Both the position numbers and the translations under genes were made by a program. Positions 12,456 through 22,543 of a stretch of DNA of 34,882 nt are shown here, piece after piece. This DNA comes from Catajapyx aquilonaris (taxonomy: Eukaryota), in contig JYFJ02004093.1 in NCBI GenBank assembly GCA_000934665.2, forward strand, positions 1 to 34,882, written 5' to 3'. The stretch's first letter is position 1. Each line of letters begins with the position of its first letter. Below the pieces are notes generated by a model. It had not been told where the DNA came from and ran no database searches. It saw only the letters and a program-made list of their open reading frames with translations.

Positions 12456-13039
12456 CAGGGTGTATCAGAGTCACGGGTCAAGCGAGTGCGAGGGGGTGGG
12501 GAAAAATCGTAGGTGGCGACAACCCCGGTTGGTTTTATAAAACAATTAGAAATACAGCAGTAATCAATTTATTTATTACGGCCGTATGGCATGACGTCAC
12601 ATCCTACTTTCTGTTCGAATCGACTGGCGGGGACTGACAGGTGCACTTGTTTGAAGTCTTTGAACCTACACTTTTTAGCCTTGCGGGTTGCACTGAAAAA
12701 GGCGCTCTCCGGCAGGGTACTGAACACACCACTGTACAGTAGTACACTACTTTGTACAGTACCCTACCGGTATAACATGAGAGCGCCTTTTTCAGTGCAA
12801 CCCGCAAGGCTAAAAAGCTGCTCAAGCAGGTTCAAGGACTTCAAACAAGTGCACTTGTCAGTCCCCACCAGTCGATTCGAACATAAAGTAGGATGTGACG
12901 TCACGCCATACGGCCGTAATAAATAAATTGATTACTGCCGTATTTCTAATTGTTTTATAAAACCAACCGGGGTTGTCGCCACCTATGATTTTTCCCCACC
13001 CCCTCGCACTTGCTTGACCCGTGACTCTGATACACCCTG
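12456..13039. mobile_element. Foldback Tc1/mariner-type MITE (family M2), almost fully palindromic
   Basis: TA|CAGGGTGTATCAGAGTCACGGG ... CCCGTGACTCTGATACACCCTG|TA; arms about 260 bp; second copy at 29629-30216. Confidence 0.93.
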
Positions 13040-13181
13040 TATAGTGGACTCAGCCTAACCTTCCTGTGACATATAATTGTTTCGCATACCAATTTATAGT
13101 CAACGAAAATTTGCTGAATGCACCTCTGGAACATCCAACTTTTCAATTTTCCATGGAGCCAAAGATGCCCAGCAACAAAAT

Positions 13182-13245
13182 CCTCTGTCCAACCCAGGGA
13201 TCGAACTCGGGACCTCACAGGTGGAAGGCTGTGGCGCTAACCACT
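13182..13245 (-). mobile_element. SINE family C head fragment
   Basis: Reverse complement AGTGGTTAGCGCCACAGCCTTCCACCTGTGAGGTCCCGAGTTCGATCC matches the head at about 17920-17967. Confidence 0.6.
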
Positions 13246-13402
13246 ACAATATTGGGTTCTATCATTCAAGTTTGGTGCCATCGTTCCAATAGGCCATTAC
13301 CATATCACAATTCGGAGCTTAAGGCCTAAACTCATATCGACTTGAAACTACGACTTATGCACAAAAGTCGAACTTTTGCGTACGTGAGTTTCCATGGCCT
13401 TG

Positions 13403-13983
13403 GGGGCCGTCCATAATCCGCGCGGACATATTTGTTCACTTTTTACCTCCCCCCCCCTCCCCTTTGCAGACAGAAACGGACAATTTCTTACCTCCCCCCC
13501 TAAAAATCGCGCGGACATGGCCTCCTTGACCCCCCCCCCNCCCCCCCCCCCTCGCCACACTGAAGTGTTATTTTCAATACATTGGTATTTTTATTTTTTG
13601 ATATCTACACACAAATTCCTTTTTTCAGAGGTACAAGTAAAACTTCTATAAGTCGAACTTCCCTAAGTCGAAGTTCTCTATAAGTCGAAGAAAATGATGA
13701 GCTTGGTTGGTCACAATGTATAAGAATAGGAAATAAACTTCCCTAACTCGAATTTCTATAACTCGAAGTTTTTTTCCGGTCCCATGGAGATTAGACTTAT
13801 AGAAGTTTTACTACGGTATATTTGATGGGTCTGACTAAAAAATGGCCAAGTCCTTAATATTAATTTGACGTTTCTTGTCCGCGCATACAACAGACTTCTA
13901 CCCCCACCCCCCTGTACGGACAAAAGCAGAAGTGCAACCCCTCTCCCCCCCTTCACTTGTCCGCGCGGATTATGGACGGCCCC
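13403..13983. mobile_element. PIF/Harbinger (Tourist-like) MITE with a nested pogo-like MITE
   Basis: 26-bp perfect TIR GGGGCCGTCCATAATCCGCGCGGACA; 3-bp flanking duplication TTG. Confidence 0.8.
13634..13812. mobile_element. pogo/Tigger-like MITE (family P)
   Basis: AGTAAAACTTCTATAAGTC ... GACTTATAGAAGTTTTACT ends; repeated subterminal TAA(G/C)TCGAA motifs; same ends as 26687-28172. Confidence 0.75.
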
Positions 13984-14168
13984 TTGTTTGCATGGGGAAG
14001 CGGGCTGTTTCCATATCTACTTGTCGAACTTTAGCATGTTCGAGTCCATCCCCCGCGCCGGCTGTGCGTGCACGTGCAATTTCATTCCCGAGGGCACATA
14101 CGCAGTATGTCATGAAGTACAATCAATTGAACAGTGCAAGAATCGAACGACAACAATTCGCCATGTTC

Positions 14169-15227
14169 CAGTTTCGCGCCCCTAGCAGCGAAATCAGGCA
14201 TGATGTCAAAATTTCTGTGAAATGCGATGATCCGTGAGAGTATTGTATGACCTGCCCACAGTCAGTGGCATCTCCTTGTCCCTGTCTGGGGGTATGGCCC
14301 CAGGGCAGATCTTGTTGAGATTTTTTTTAAGTGAGGAGGGATCTGCCCTTCCCTTGCCACATACCTGAAGTGAATTGGTCACATGGCAGCCTGCCCCTTG
14401 AGCGATTTGCAAGTCGAGTGCCACTTGCTCATTACTACTTGCCTATTGCGAATAGTCAGTTCTCTAGCACACCTGGTGGTATGTACTCAAGGCAGACCAG
14501 CCCCTCTCTCCACGGTACTGCACAACATGGCTGAGACTTGAAATGCTGAGTTATGGGACAAGTGTGTACACAGACTCTGTGATATTTGTTTTAGAAAATC
14601 TGAGATGGTCGAGCAACATTTAAGCCCACTTGATTCTGAATGACCCCAATATTTCGACATATTTTGTATTTTGACTTCCCCAAGGTCAAAAACCGTCAAG
14701 AACAAAGTTCAGACAGAATTAAAGGTCATTATGAGTTATTGAGGACCTAAGGAATGCAAAAATTGCTATGAATTCCCACGGACAAGAAAAGTGTTACACA
14801 GTGTCATTACAAAAGAATGCCACACTAAACATTTTAAAAATAACTTAATAAAAAGTGAACAGCCAAAAACTTAATGCCTCGTCGCTCCCAAAAAATCTCT
14901 GGCTGGTCTTCCTCGGGTCCAGGCGTGCTAGAGCAGAGCCTATTCATAATAGGCAGGTAGTAATGAGCAAGTCGCACTCGACTAACAAATGACTCAAGGG
15001 GCAGGCCACAAGGCCGATTCACGTCAGCCATCTGGCAAGGAAAGGGCAGGTCCCTCCTCACTCCAAAAAAAATTTCTCAGGATGATCTTCCCCAGGGCCA
15101 TACCACCAGACGGGGACAAGCAGAGCCCATTTACAATGGGAAGGCAATGCAAGACTCCCTTGGATGATAGCATTTCTCCATCATTTTGATGGCACACCCG
15201 ATTTCGCCTCTACAGGCGCGAAACTTG
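14169..15227. repeat. Diverged inverted repeat pair (about 310-bp arms, about 440-bp spacer)
   Basis: 14169-14477 aligns to the reverse complement of 14919-15227 (e.g. CTTGCTCATTACTAC / GTAGTAATGAGCAAG); inner ends read CAGG(C/T)GTGCTAGAG. Confidence 0.8.
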
Positions 15228-15516
15228 AAAGTGGTCAATTGGCAGGGATGCCAAGATGAGGGAACAATGGACGTGGCAACCAGGGGGATCCCACGTCACC
15301 ACACACATGGTCTGTGATTGGTTGCCGGTAGTGCGTTCGGAATGTGCTTGCGCGTACGATCTACCTGGGGCAGACTATTCAGCCTGCTATGAACATCATA
15401 ACTTCTGCTAACCATTTAATCAATGCTTAGAAATAATCAGCTTAGCAATCAGCAGCAAAAAAATCAAGAGATAAATTTGAAATTTCAATAAGGGTACCCT
15501 GCAATTCAAACATTAA

Positions 15517-16859
15517 CTCTTACGGGGCCCCCATTTTCCAGCGAAGACCAGCGGGAAGGGTAGTCTAGTGTATTTTATTTTTTTCCTACACTCTCCGTAG
15601 GCCCATTCCCATGACATCTAGTGAGTCAGAAAGGAAATGGCAAGGTCTTTCATATACATTACATTTGCCTCTTCTAGTTAATATGAACTGCCGTCTAACG
15701 CGCTGCGGAACCCTCAGAATCCATCATGTAAGAAACATCTTTGGTGAGCGGGCGGACCAGCCATGGTCTGCCGGAGTTTATTATTTCTTTTAACCCTCGG
15801 ACGGTGACGTGGGCACTTTTTGTGACCAACGACCCTTTTTTTGCTATAACTTGGCAAATTTAGGACGTTCGAGATTCATCTTTGAGAACATTTTCGTTTG
15901 ACTATTTCTGTGATGAATGACGTTTAGTTTAAATTTTTTGAGCAAATAGCACGACCAGGAAAAAATTAATTAGGCGGCAATGCGTAGATGGGGCCTAACC
16001 AAGATCCGGTCTGGCGGCTCCCGGTGGCATCCCAGGCCGCCAAGGGGTGGAAACCCCCTACCCCCGGGAGTTGGCCCCGACTGATTTTCTTTCCGATTTT
16101 TTTCTGATCGCACTATTTTCTCAAAAAATGTAAACTAAACGCTATTTGTCGTAGAAGGAATCACACTATGATTGTCTCAAAAGTGAAGCCCGAATGTGCT
16201 ATATTTCGCCAGATGTAACAAAAAATATGGCTTGGTCACAAAAAGTGCCCACGTCACCGGAGAGCGAACATTTCGCACGTCACCGTCTGAGGGTTAAATT
16301 AGTTTGACATCTCCTTTTTCACATAAAACAGATTTCATCAAGATAGGGTAGTTATAACCCATAAAAATAATTAAAATTCACCAGGGTAAATGAATACGGA
16401 GATTGCTTAGCGCAGGCGTAAATATTCAAGAGCCAATCGCGTGCGAGATCGAGAGCTGGAGAGCCAATGGCTGCGCAGAACGAACCAAAATGAGGTCATG
16501 GTAATTAGACGCAAAAAACAATTAATTGTGACGTAATGGATTATCATAAGCGTAAAATTTTTACAAAATGCGCTCGGGTATATGTATGTATTATTTATAA
16601 ATAAATAAAAACCATGTAGGTTACAGCTAATATTTAAAATTAATTCTTGAAATTGTTCTCACACTGTTCCATGAGTGGCCACCCAAATGACCCCACATCA
16701 TGGCCGCTGGACATTCCCACACACTGAGATTTTTCATGTGAGTTCTACTTATAGTGCTTGCGAAGAGGGTGAAAACCGCATTCATTTACGCATTGTCGAA
16801 GTTCCGTAAAAATTCGCAAAGTCTTGTTCTCACCCGTATGCAAACCGGCGCCCAAAGAG
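15517..16859. mobile_element. Possible older piggyBac-like non-autonomous element hosting the 15794 MITE
   Basis: TTAA|CTCTTACGGGGCC ... GGCGCCCAAAGAG|TTAA (10/13 inverted match). Confidence 0.35.
15794..16293. mobile_element. piggyBac-type MITE
   Basis: TTAA|CCCTCGGACGGTGACGTG ... CACGTCACCGTCTGAGGG|TTAA; asymmetric subterminal repeat GGGCACTTTTTGTGACCA; degenerate palindromic interior. Confidence 0.85.
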
Positions 16860-16933
16860 TTAAGTGGATTCAGGAGTGCATAAAAATTGCTCCAAAAAAA
16901 AATTTCATAAAAAATTGACTCATGAGTACTTAC

Positions 16934-17077
16934 TTTCAAATGTTGAATCAGCTTGTCTCGACTCTTCTCTCCAATAAATTGACTTTTAACAAACGCATCA
17001 AAAATGTGGCTTCCTCTTTGATCTTCAGCCAGGTCCTTCACTTCTGAGGGTGGAAGTGACAACAGGCTGTGAACAAA
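16934..17077 (-). CDS. NOP9: NOP9 exon 7
   Basis: FVHSLLSLPPSEVKDLAEDQRGSHIFDAFVKS...; ttcttcag| acceptor, |gtaagt donor; 144 nt, phase 0/0. Confidence 0.88.
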
Positions 17078-17169
17078 CTGAAGAAGAAGAAAAAACACTG
17101 TAAAAGCCTATATCCACAATAAAATTTAAATAAATTTCAATTACTCAAATTAAATGGATTAAAAGTGCA

Positions 17170-17380
17170 ATGATGATCTACAGGAAGATGAGAAGGCCTT
17201 GATCCCAACTGGTGAGAATTCAACATCGCGTAACACACTGTCTTGGTTATCCTTGTAATGGCAACAAAATTGTGCAGATGATGGTATTTGGCCATGGGCA
17301 GAAGGCAAACTGTTAATTAATCTGATACATTTTCCTGGACATCATCTGCAGTGGTTTAAGAATGCCTGTTTTCCTGCAGC
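17170..17380 (-). pseudogene. Possible 3' fragment of a LINE (L2/CR1-like ORF2 C-terminus)
   Basis: Minus-strand translation ...GKCIRLINSLPS... resembles the LINE ORF2 terminal IRLWNSLP motif; short and degenerate. Confidence 0.3.
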
Positions 17381-17901
17381 AGTACTGCAACCGTGTAGGA
17401 GGCCACCACCTGCCTAGCCTGATGATAAAAAGCACACTTTAATTGCTCTGTTCAATATATCTGGGAGTCTTAATCCTCTGTTCTAGGTCACAGAGTTGAC
17501 CTTGGTTCCCAGGCTTGGGCACTGTATATCCAAGTCTATACCTGATTGAGGCACTTGAGACAAAGAAGGCTGAAATGTCATGCAGAAAATTTAAGAGGCA
17601 CTCCTTTACACTTGCCAGAAGGTTAAAATCATTATTTTTCTGGTATATTTGGCAAAAAGGAGACAGCAGAAGAAAATTACATTCAAAAAAAGTCCGTAAT
17701 TTAAGGATGAGCTAAGTTTGCATTTTTGTGGATAGATTGATAACCTTTTCAGTCCAGGAAAACCCTTATGGGCTCCCGCCTTTAGTTTCCTATCAGGTCA
17801 TTATTGCTTGCCTTTGGATGACTTGAGTCACAACAAAGTCCCGCTACTGCATCACGATCAGCAAGATCAAGGCTGCAGAATGGGCAGCACTAATCTGGGC
17901 C

Positions 17902-18162
17902 AGGGCGACATGGTGGAGGAGTGGTTAGCGCCGCAGCCTTCCACCTCTAAGGTCCCGAGTTCGATCCTCGGATCGGACAGAGGATACTTATGTGGATAGA
18001 GTTTCGATGGGTTCTCTCCATGTTTGCGTGGGTTTTCTCGGGGTTCTCCCGTTTCCTCCCACTATCAAAATCCATCATACCAAAGGCAATGATTAAAGTC
18101 GATTAATTAAAAAGATGATCCTCTAAAGAGCCCAAGGAGGCTTATCACGGGATATCCATTAT
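17902..18162 (+). mobile_element. tRNA-derived SINE (family C) with V-SINE-like central domain
   Basis: A/B boxes (TGGAGGAGTGG, GAGTTCGATCC); GCGTGGGTTTTCTCGGGGTTCTCCCGTTTCCTCCCAC; tail CCTCTAAAGAG...TATCACGGGATAT; 12-bp TSD CACTAATCTGGG at 17888-17899 and 18163-18174. Confidence 0.8.
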
Positions 18163-18416
18163 CACTAATCTGGGGCCCTCTCATAATTAGGAAATTATAA
18201 CCACTCTGTGTGATCAATTTGCAAAGAATCATGTTTTCCGCTACGCTAAATTCAAATATGCTATCAGAAATCATAAAATTCAATTACTTATGGAAATAAC
18301 TTCTGCAGGTAATAAACACCAATGGTTGACTTATCTGCATCCCAAAGTCAGAAACCAGTCCGCTTATCTTATCAGGTGTCCAAAATTAATGTAGCATATG
18401 CCTGGAAGTACTCGTA

Positions 18417-18790
18417 CAAGGCCCAGTCGGAAAATAAGTTTTGTGATGCTAGTTTCGACGCCATGTGACATACAGGGGAATGACGACCATGGGCAGGTAC
18501 ATTGAACCTTCCTGTATTTTTTAGGATACGTAGGTGCCATCTTGCAGCTTATGCGCAGACGCAGCAGCCGTCGGATGAGACCAAGTGGGGAGCTGAGCAT
18601 GCTCGCGCTATGCCACAAGGAAAAGTCATTGCAGACAGTGTGTGTTAGTCACATGGACTAAGGCGGAAGTGAGGACACTTGAGGTCACTCAATAATTTCC
18701 ATGGCCGGTTGTCCAGGTCTCTAGATGTCCTTCAGGCTCGGGAGCTTATTCCAGAATTACTGGCACCATGTCACCAAACCATTTGCTCTT
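18417..18790. mobile_element. Truncated copy of the mariner-derived 5'/5' MITE
   Basis: TA|CAAGGCCCAGTCGGAAAATAAG start; collinear with 21824-22190 including the junction after CACATGGACTAAGGC. Confidence 0.8.
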
Positions 18791-19080
18791 ATAGGCATTG
18801 AGCAGGCAGAAAACTTTGTGCATTCACTGCGAAAGACTTGGCTGTAATAGACCTTGTTTAGAGTACTGATTTCCGCAGTCTCTTGAGGCCTGCCATATCT
18901 GGGGTGTAGTGTATATTTTCTCATTTAGATTAGCTACTAATAATTGCATGACTTTCATGTCAACATTTTTTGAATACATCTTACCAAGCTATTTCAAATT
19001 ATATCATAGTTGTTAAAATATCTTGTTTAATTGCTGAGAAAATATTCTCCAATTCACATAAGAGTGAAACTTTTTCAATA

Positions 19081-19257
19081 TGCATATGCCCGAGGGGTCG
19101 GTGAACTGCCCGAAAGTAGTGCCCAACATGCCGGGCCCTACCACTCTTAACAACAAAATGTGCAGTGTGTGTAGCCCTGCAGCTACCGCATGGGCTGCCC
19201 ATGATAATTAGGCATTCGAATTACATAATAATCATCATCATCATCATCATCATCATC

Positions 19258-19320
<63 letters not shown>

Positions 19321-19421
19321 CATTCGAATTACATGTACCAGCACTGAATCTTCGAGAAAGCCAGAGATACCAGGGACTAATTTTGCAGCGCGGTGGCTCA
19401 CCGACCCCTCGGGCGTATGGA
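19081..19421. mobile_element. Small MITE interrupted by a microsatellite insertion
   Basis: Inverted ends CATATGCCCGAGGGGTCGGTGA / TCACCGACCCCTCGGGCGTATG, flanked by TA. Confidence 0.65.
19227..19319. repeat. Compound (CAT)n(AAT)n microsatellite flanked by 15-bp direct repeats
   Basis: GCATTCGAATTACAT at 19212-19226 and 19320-19334. Confidence 0.9.
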
Positions 19422-19463
19422 TATCCAAAAAGGTTCACACTTATGTGATTCGGAGTGTAACTA

Positions 19464-19585
19464 CAGTAAAATTCTATAAGTCAAAGAATCTCCATGGGAC
19501 CAGAAAAAATAATTGAGTTATACAAGATTCGAGTTAGAGAAGTTTGGAATTTTTAAGCACATAACTCTATAAGGAAGCCTTATAC
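19464..19585 (-). mobile_element. Terminal fragment of pogo-like family P
   Basis: TA|CAGTAAAATTCTATAAGTC...CCATGGGACC...CTCTATAAGGAAGCC is the reverse complement of about 28066-28172. Confidence 0.6.
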
Positions 19586-19691
19586 TGGTTATTCACAAGG
19601 AATCTCGCTACCTGAAGCTTGGGCGCCATTTACCGACCGACCTGTATACTGAAATATAATTATGACAAATTGATTCATCAAATTCTCTCAC

Positions 19692-19874
19692 TTTGATTGG
19701 TTTGCTGAATTGCATCATTGCTTGTAAGAGGAGAGATCCATGAAGAGTCACAGGAAATTTCTGGTCACTTTCCTTCTTCTGCCATATGTCATAGGTGACA
19801 AGCCTTGCAAGTAAAAGCACTACCATGGCCTGTCGCTCCACAGGTTCCCAGCAATGGAATGCAGTCATCACACA
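19692..19874 (-). CDS. NOP9: NOP9 exon 6
   Basis: CVMTAFHCWEPVERQ...VTLHGSLLLQAMMQFSKPIK; cctttcag| acceptor, |gtgaga donor; 183 nt. Confidence 0.88.
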
Positions 19875-19932
19875 CTGAAAGGAACGGTTATTAGAGAACA
19901 TCAATTCAAGACATCAATATAACAGAATTTAC

Positions 19933-20061
19933 CTTTAAAAATCCACTCTGCTTGGCACCAACTCGTTGACATGCTTGTGCCAAGTACACCACAACACCAG
20001 CATGTCCAGATGCCAATATGTCCTCCAGGTTGTCACCAAGCTCAGTAAACATTGCTTCTAG
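19933..20061 (-). CDS. NOP9: NOP9 exon 5
   Basis: LEAMFTELGDNLEDILASGHAGVVVYLAQACQRVGAKQSGFLK; cattgcag| acceptor, |gtaaat donor; 129 nt (too short for the ORF track). Confidence 0.85.
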
Positions 20062-20118
20062 CTGCAATGCAAAGGTTTTCACATGTGCTGAACAAATACA
20101 TGAAATAATTCACATTAC

Positions 20119-20462
20119 CTGTTCCTTATCTGCACATGTGCACAGGAGTTTCTGCACAGCAAAGTAAGCGATTGGATGCTGAGACAAGATTAGAAGACGG
20201 CCCTTGAAGCATTGGTTGAAGATTTTGGAATAAGATTCAGGTGAAGCTACAGATAATGTGACTTCCAGAGTGTGAATGGATGATTCATTTTCAAAACAGG
20301 GCAGCAAGCATGTTTCGTCTCTCTTCTTTTCCACTCCACCCGAGTTCAAGAACTCCTTTATCACAAAGTTGACAAACTTTTCGCACATACTGGGATCGAT
20401 TTTGGGTAGAATTAGCAACAGCGTTTGCACCAACCCAGATGTCAGATCACTCTCAACCAACT
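20119..20462 (-). CDS. NOP9: NOP9 exon 4
   Basis: ...FKGRLLILSQHPIAYFAVQKLL... PUF-like repeat; catttcag| acceptor (phase 1), |gtaatg donor; 344 nt. Confidence 0.88.
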
Positions 20463-20519
20463 CTGAAATGTCACAAAAATGTTAGTCACTGTCAAGTTGT
20501 TCTCATTGAAGATAATTAC

Positions 20520-20799
20520 CTGAAAATTGTGGCCATGTCATTAATCGGAAGGTAAATTCAAGTATCATAACTGTCGACAGTGGCTCAACTGATGCTTCCA
20601 CAGGATTCACGTTTTCAGCTGGAGGTTGGTGCCTGGCCCTCCGACTCCGTATCACCTTGTCATCAATATCAACCCCACTCAAGCAAGTCAAGGTCGTTCT
20701 GGCCACATGATTAGCATAGGTGTGCCAAGCAAACTCTTCCAAATTGTTCAGGACAAAACGACCAACTTTGGAAACCCACTCGCTGAATGTGGCTTTGTC
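20520..20799 (-). CDS. NOP9: NOP9 exon 3
   Basis: DKATFSEWVSKVGRFVLNNLEEFAWHTYANHVARTTLTCLSG...; ttttactag| acceptor, |gtaatt donor; 280 nt. Confidence 0.88.
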
Positions 20800-20997
20800 C
20801 TAGTAAAAAAGAACAATCAAAACTTTTTGTAATGTCCACTAATAAGAGCAGCGAACAAGATTAACTTAAAGAGATCATTAGCTTAACACTATTATTCAAC
20901 AACACTTCTAATTTTAAACAAGGTCACAACTGCAGCTTCATAGAGCTCACACAAGTATGCATATCAACTGCATGACACACCTACAAGGAACAAAAAT

Positions 20998-21088
20998 ACG
21001 TCCCATGGCACTAAAACAAGAAAGCATCACAGTGAACTTCTAATAGAAGTTCACTGTGATGCTTTCTTGTTTTAGTGCCATGGGACGT
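20998..21088. repeat. Perfect 91-bp palindrome (45-bp arms, 1-nt spacer)
   Basis: ACGTCCCATGGCAC...GAACTTCTA a TAGAAGTTC...GTGCCATGGGACGT with no mismatch. Confidence 0.95.
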
Positions 21089-21137
21089 GTGACCCAACCA
21101 TTTCTCACATTGTCTGTAAGTCCAGCTACCAGCCTTA

Positions 21138-21811
21138 AGGCGTGTTTACACCATCACGATATGAGCCTCGATCAGACGCTTTGCGACCGACGATAGGTGG
21201 CTCCACTAGGTGCGGTCGCAACGACCATGGCATATGCGACCGTGTCTATTTGAAAGAGGTTTGGACAGTTAGGAACCGTGCGATGTCGAGCTCTTGCTAC
21301 TCCGCTTTCCACCTCCTCCCACGTCATGTGACCCGGACCCCCCCTGGATCTGAGCAATCCGAGCCTTTCCCCACTTCCAAGTCTCCCTCAAGGGCCGGTC
21401 ACACCTGCGGAACCAATCAGCAATCTTGAAGAGTGGGAGGGGGGCCCCAGCCCCATTCTCCAGGTGGCTGCAACTAGAAGGACCCAGAAGGAACCCACAA
21501 CCCAAGAGCTCGGTCCACCCCCACCCCCCCCCCACCCCCCTCCCCAACCAGTTTCCCTCCATGCGCCTGTCGACGCCCCCCTAACCCAGGCCAGGGGTGA
21601 GGCACTCTGGGTGAGGGGTGGAGTGGTGGTGGGGGGTGACACCGCACGGACCTATACCAGGGACTCACATTCAAGCTTCTGGCTGTGCGACGTAGCACAT
21701 GTGCAACATGCTTTTAGTCGGTAGGGCGTAAACGCCCAGTGCAATTTGTGTGACCGACGGAAACGTCGGTTGCGCGATCGAGGCTCATATTGTGAGGGCG
21801 TCAACACGCCT
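21138..21811. mobile_element. PIF/Harbinger-type non-autonomous element, GC/CpG-rich
   Basis: TTA|AGGCGTGTTTACACCATCACGATATGAGCCTCGATC ... GATCGAGGCTCATATTGTGAGGGCGTCAACACGCCT|TTA; internal C- and G-runs. Confidence 0.82.
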
Positions 21812-21823
21812 TTATACAGTATA

Positions 21824-22543
21824 CGAAGGTCAGTCGGAAAATAAGTTTCACAATTCTACAGGTTCGATGCCAAGCAATGGGCAGGGTAAAGACGAGCATG
21901 AGCAGGTGCATTGATCCTTCCGGTACTTTATAGGATGGGTAGGCGCCATCTTGCAGCTTATGCGCAAGCATGGCAGCTGTTGGACGAGACCGAGAGGCAA
22001 GCCAAGCGTGCCCGCCCACATTCCGCCAGTAAGACTGAAGAAGTGTGTAGGTCACATGGACTAAGGCAGAAGTTAGAGCACTTGAGGACACTGTCATAAT
22101 TGCCGTGGCCGGTCGTCTGGGTCTCTGGTTGTCCTTCACACTCGCGAACCCATTACAAAATTTCTGGCACCATATCCTCGCACCATTTGGTTCAGACATG
22201 ACATTCGGACCATTCACCTCCACTAGCCAACGATGAATATTGTATGTCTAATGTCAAATGACAACCACTTGTAGGGAACAACCGCCCTCACTTCTTCCTT
22301 AGTCCATGTGACCAGCACACTTTGGTTTACAGGACTTCTGGCGGAATGTGGACAGGCACCCTCTGCTCAACACTCAGTCTCGTCCGACCGCTGCTGCGCC
22401 TGTCCATAATCTGCAAGATGGTGGCTACCCATCCCGTAAAGTACTGGAAGGATCATTGTACTTGCTCATGCTCATCTTTACTCTGGCCGTAGAATGGCGT
22501 CCAAACTCTAGCATCGCAAAACTTGTTTTCCGACTGATCCACG
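21824..22543. mobile_element. Mariner-derived MITE with two inverted 5' ends and a transposase N-terminal relic
   Basis: TA|CGAAGGTCAGTCGGAAAATAAG ... CTTGTTTTCCGACTGATCCACG|TA; about 255-bp arms; minus strand encodes VTWTKEEVRAVV...IHRWLVEVNGPNVMS...WCQKFCNGFASVKDNQRPRRP (mariner HTH/GRP-like, frameshifted). Confidence 0.85.

Noticed and set aside
12591..12926. Similar ORFs on both strands here and at 29742-30088 and 14331-15061
   Set aside because: Mirror translations of palindromic or inverted repeats; no protein motif
13530..13551. Poly-C run containing an N
   Set aside because: Homopolymer sequencing or assembly ambiguity, not a biological feature
13640..13770. CRISPR-like repeated TAAGTCGAA motifs
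   Set aside because: Short, irregularly spaced subterminal repeats of a pogo-like MITE in a eukaryotic intron; no spacers or cas genes
15530..15570. Helitron 3' end (weak hairpin then CTAG|T)
   Set aside because: Hairpin is imperfect and no 5' TC end or second copy is visible
19165..19438. Poly-Ile, poly-Tyr and poly-Leu ORFs (also 9595-9777)
   Set aside because: Translations of AAT/CAT microsatellites
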